Assembly: GCF_902652985.1 (NCBI RefSeq)
Contig: NC_047021.1
Location: forward strand, 25,544,001-25,608,000
From: Pecten maximus
Taxonomy: Eukaryota
DNA: 64,000 nucleotides
Direction of reading: 5' to 3'
The position numbers and the translations under genes are program-made. Below are positions 61,127-64,000 of this stretch, one piece after another (within the stretch, counting starts at the first letter, position 1; each line of letters begins with the position of its first letter). The notes below the pieces were generated by a model. The model was not told the DNA's origin. It saw only the letters and a list, made by a program, of their open reading frames with translations, and made no database searches.

Positions 61127-61871
61127 GGTTTTATCTTAATATCACAGATTGTTTTTTGTTTCATTTTGATGTTGTGAGAAAGTTTTAATTTATTTCTTTT
61201 ATTGTTTTTGTGATACACATGTACATCTCAGCAATATCTTCAAATTAAATCCTTCACTTTGTTACTCTCTACAATCTTGTTACATCAAGTGTAGCCAGAA
61301 GTCCTGTTGAATTGATAAGAAATCCATAAACTTTACAACTCTATGTATGTCCACTTCACTGATCATTTGTCTGCCAATAAACTGGGTATGATATACAAAA
61401 GTCTATTCATAAAACATACTCAGCAACCTGAATATGGAAACATTGCAGAATATTCTGATGACATTTGATCTAATATATAGCTGCATGTACCGTGATTTCA
61501 TGTGTATTGCCCAGCCATTAGATTGCCTGCATAAGCTGAAATAATGGTTTTATAATTTAAAGTCTGGTGCATTGCTGGCTGGTTATCTGTTAGGTAATGG
61601 AGTACAAGTTCTCATTATCGTGGGAAACCTCCACAGTATGTGTTACATTAATTGTAAGCTCAAACAGTTGACCTGTATTGACCTGTATTGCCCTGTCACA
61701 TGGAAAGTGTTAACAAATGTATCTCTAGATATGCTTGTTAGTTGTTTTTACTTGATACATAGATACATAGATTTTTTCTGACAGCATACATAAAATATGT
61801 ACAGGATTTACATCCTTTGATTGTCAGCTCGTAATAAAGTTATTGAAATAATAACTAATTGTTCTGACAGT

Positions 61872-62142
61872 TCACAGCTTGATTTTCTCTTTGAAACAGT
61901 ACTTTTGTGGCTGATTTTTCCAATGTTCATCAAGTTTATATATAAATTGTTTAATTGATATGACATTTACAACATCAAATGGGAGACTATTCCACATATC
62001 CATAATTCTCTGCGTGAATGAATATTTTCTTATATTTAATCTTGAGAATCCTTTATGTATTTTAAAGTTATGTCCGCGAGTGATTGGCCCTACATTTAAG
62101 GAAAACAATTTTGTGACTTCCCCGTCATATTTTCCCCCGAGA
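61872..62142 (-). mobile_element. CR1-clade LINE ORF2 C-terminal fragment
   Basis: TRGHNFKI..RLNIRKYSFTQRIMDMWNSLP..KLDEHW is the typical CR1 ORF2 end motif. Confidence 0.85.
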
Positions 62143-64000
62143 TGATTATGCTAACGTTGGTAGTGACAGTTTTTGTAGACATTCATAATATGACAGATTA
62201 GACAGACCAGGAACTTGTTTTGTTGCTCAACATGATACTTGATATGTCCATGCACAGTAAAATTTACCATTCGTATTTCGGATGTGAATGGCATTGTCTG
62301 TACCTGATATTACACCAGAGAAACAAATAAGTAAATCTAGATTTGAAATGTATCTTAATATGCATTAAGTTTTCATGTTTCTAGGAAAAGTTTTTGTCAA
62401 ATATGCCACTTCATCAGATAGCCAACAGAAGGCATTTTAATGTTTTATAGCCCGTGGGAAATACACAGGAAATTACTGTATATATCACATTGGTAAGGTA
62501 TGGTTAATGGTCACCAGAATATTGCTTTTCATACAGTGTCAGACCTACTACATTACACATACACAACATGTAGCTTGTTCTAGAATGGAGTGAAGGATTT
62601 GTTTTGAATCAGATTAGCTACTGTAGAAGTATTGTCTTCATGTCCAGATTTGTCCAGATTCAAACTGAACTTTACAAATGAGCATTACATGTATATGTAT
62701 TCTAAACTTTAAAAAATATCTTCTTTCAAAAAATCAATATTAGTGATTTAAACCTAGCTACTGTCCAGCTAAAATATCTATAATGAATATGAATTGCAAA
62801 TATTGTGTGATTTAAAAAAAAAAAAATGATTTAAAAATGCAATTTGTTTTAAAAATATTATTTAACTAAATGCATACATGTACTTGCTTGTGACTTAGAA
62901 GAGAAAATAGTTAGTTTGGTTCCTAACATTTCTTGAAAGTATTTTGGTTTTCACAACGATATTTATTTATTTGTTGGATATAATGCATTCTTGATTTCCA
63001 ATGAACCCTGTCTAAACCAAACACAAAGATAAACCTTTATACTTGTTTGTGATTGTTTTCAGATAACAAAGATTGAATATTCATGGAGATATATATAGAG
63101 AGAGATAAAAGGTCTTGGTATAAGCATTAAGCCAAACTATATAGTGTAGAGGTTAGACTGTAAAGACAGGGTCCATTGTAACAAAGCAGAGTCTATATCT
63201 ACACACACACAGTTTGATGTATTCTGTCTCCCATAAATAAGATGTATTTGTTTTGTTTTGTTGTAATTTTCACCATTTTGTTTACACCAGACTAAGAAAA
63301 GACTGGCTGTAGAAGGGTTTTGCACCAGCTTTAGTACTTTGAAGATTTAAGCATAAGAAACATTACTGTACTTAGTACAATAGGAATAACTATATACTCT
63401 CTGTTGGAGACTTTCATTTTAATGGTATTTGCAGTGTTTACGTATAATGTGAAGAACCAGTAAATTTGAATTAAAGCTGAACTTTCAAGTCTAATATCCC
63501 ATAAATTAAATGTTATACACTGTTATGGTATATAAAAACAGGAAAAACCACTGCATGGAATCACATACCAAGTATTAAATTTTGATTAGGATTTTTTTTT
63601 ATTTCTTTTGTTCATTTATTATTTTTAGGAGCTTCACTGTTGCCAAAAATGTATACACTAACAGATAGAGGAGATTTCACTATGGTATGCTTTTAGCAGA
63701 CGTTAGAGCATGTAGTTAGATATGCACATAATCACTGCAGCTTCTTCCTGCCAAAGTAACCCAGAGTCATTTAACCAACAATGAACACGTGTGTCATTCT
63801 TCTGAATAGATGTAGAACCTTACTATAAGTCTTCGTCTTTAAATGAAGGAAACAATCTCTTTCATAAGAAATCTATTTATTTACCTATGATTAAATCAGT
63901 ATGAAAATTATTGAGATGTTAATATTTATAAAAAATATATTACAATTGTTAACATACATACAGCACAGGGACAGTTCAAAATATCCCTTAATACCTTTAA

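Overview
AT-rich, intron-containing animal genomic DNA; the repeat content suggests a bivalve mollusc, probably an oyster (inferred). Five protein-coding genes were reconstructed by hand from GT-AG junctions and reading phase. (1) PRDM14 on + (11390-36399; 9 coding exons plus a candidate 72-nt cassette exon). (2,3) A head-to-head pair of diverged paralogues with uninterrupted CDSs (40771-41439 on -, 43934-44599 on +), encoding ~220-aa proteins with an unassigned N-terminal domain, a glycine-zipper hydrophobic segment and a C-terminal 2x CxxCxGxG DnaJ-type zinc finger; I cannot place them in a known family and they are the best candidate for an undescribed system. (4) An ankyrin-repeat/SOCS-box gene on - (48239-51208). 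(5) IDH3 gamma subunit on + (52561-61126), head-to-head with gene 4 and carrying an apparent 1-nt frameshift in exon 11. Interspersed are tRNA-derived SINEs (one with a TSD and a pseudoknotted 5' leader), LINE 3' fragments (one whose zinc-knuckle codons have expanded into a 12-bp minisatellite), MITEs, a TRIM-like element with tRNA-like LTRs and several tandem repeats. No searches were run; family assignments come from recognised motifs.
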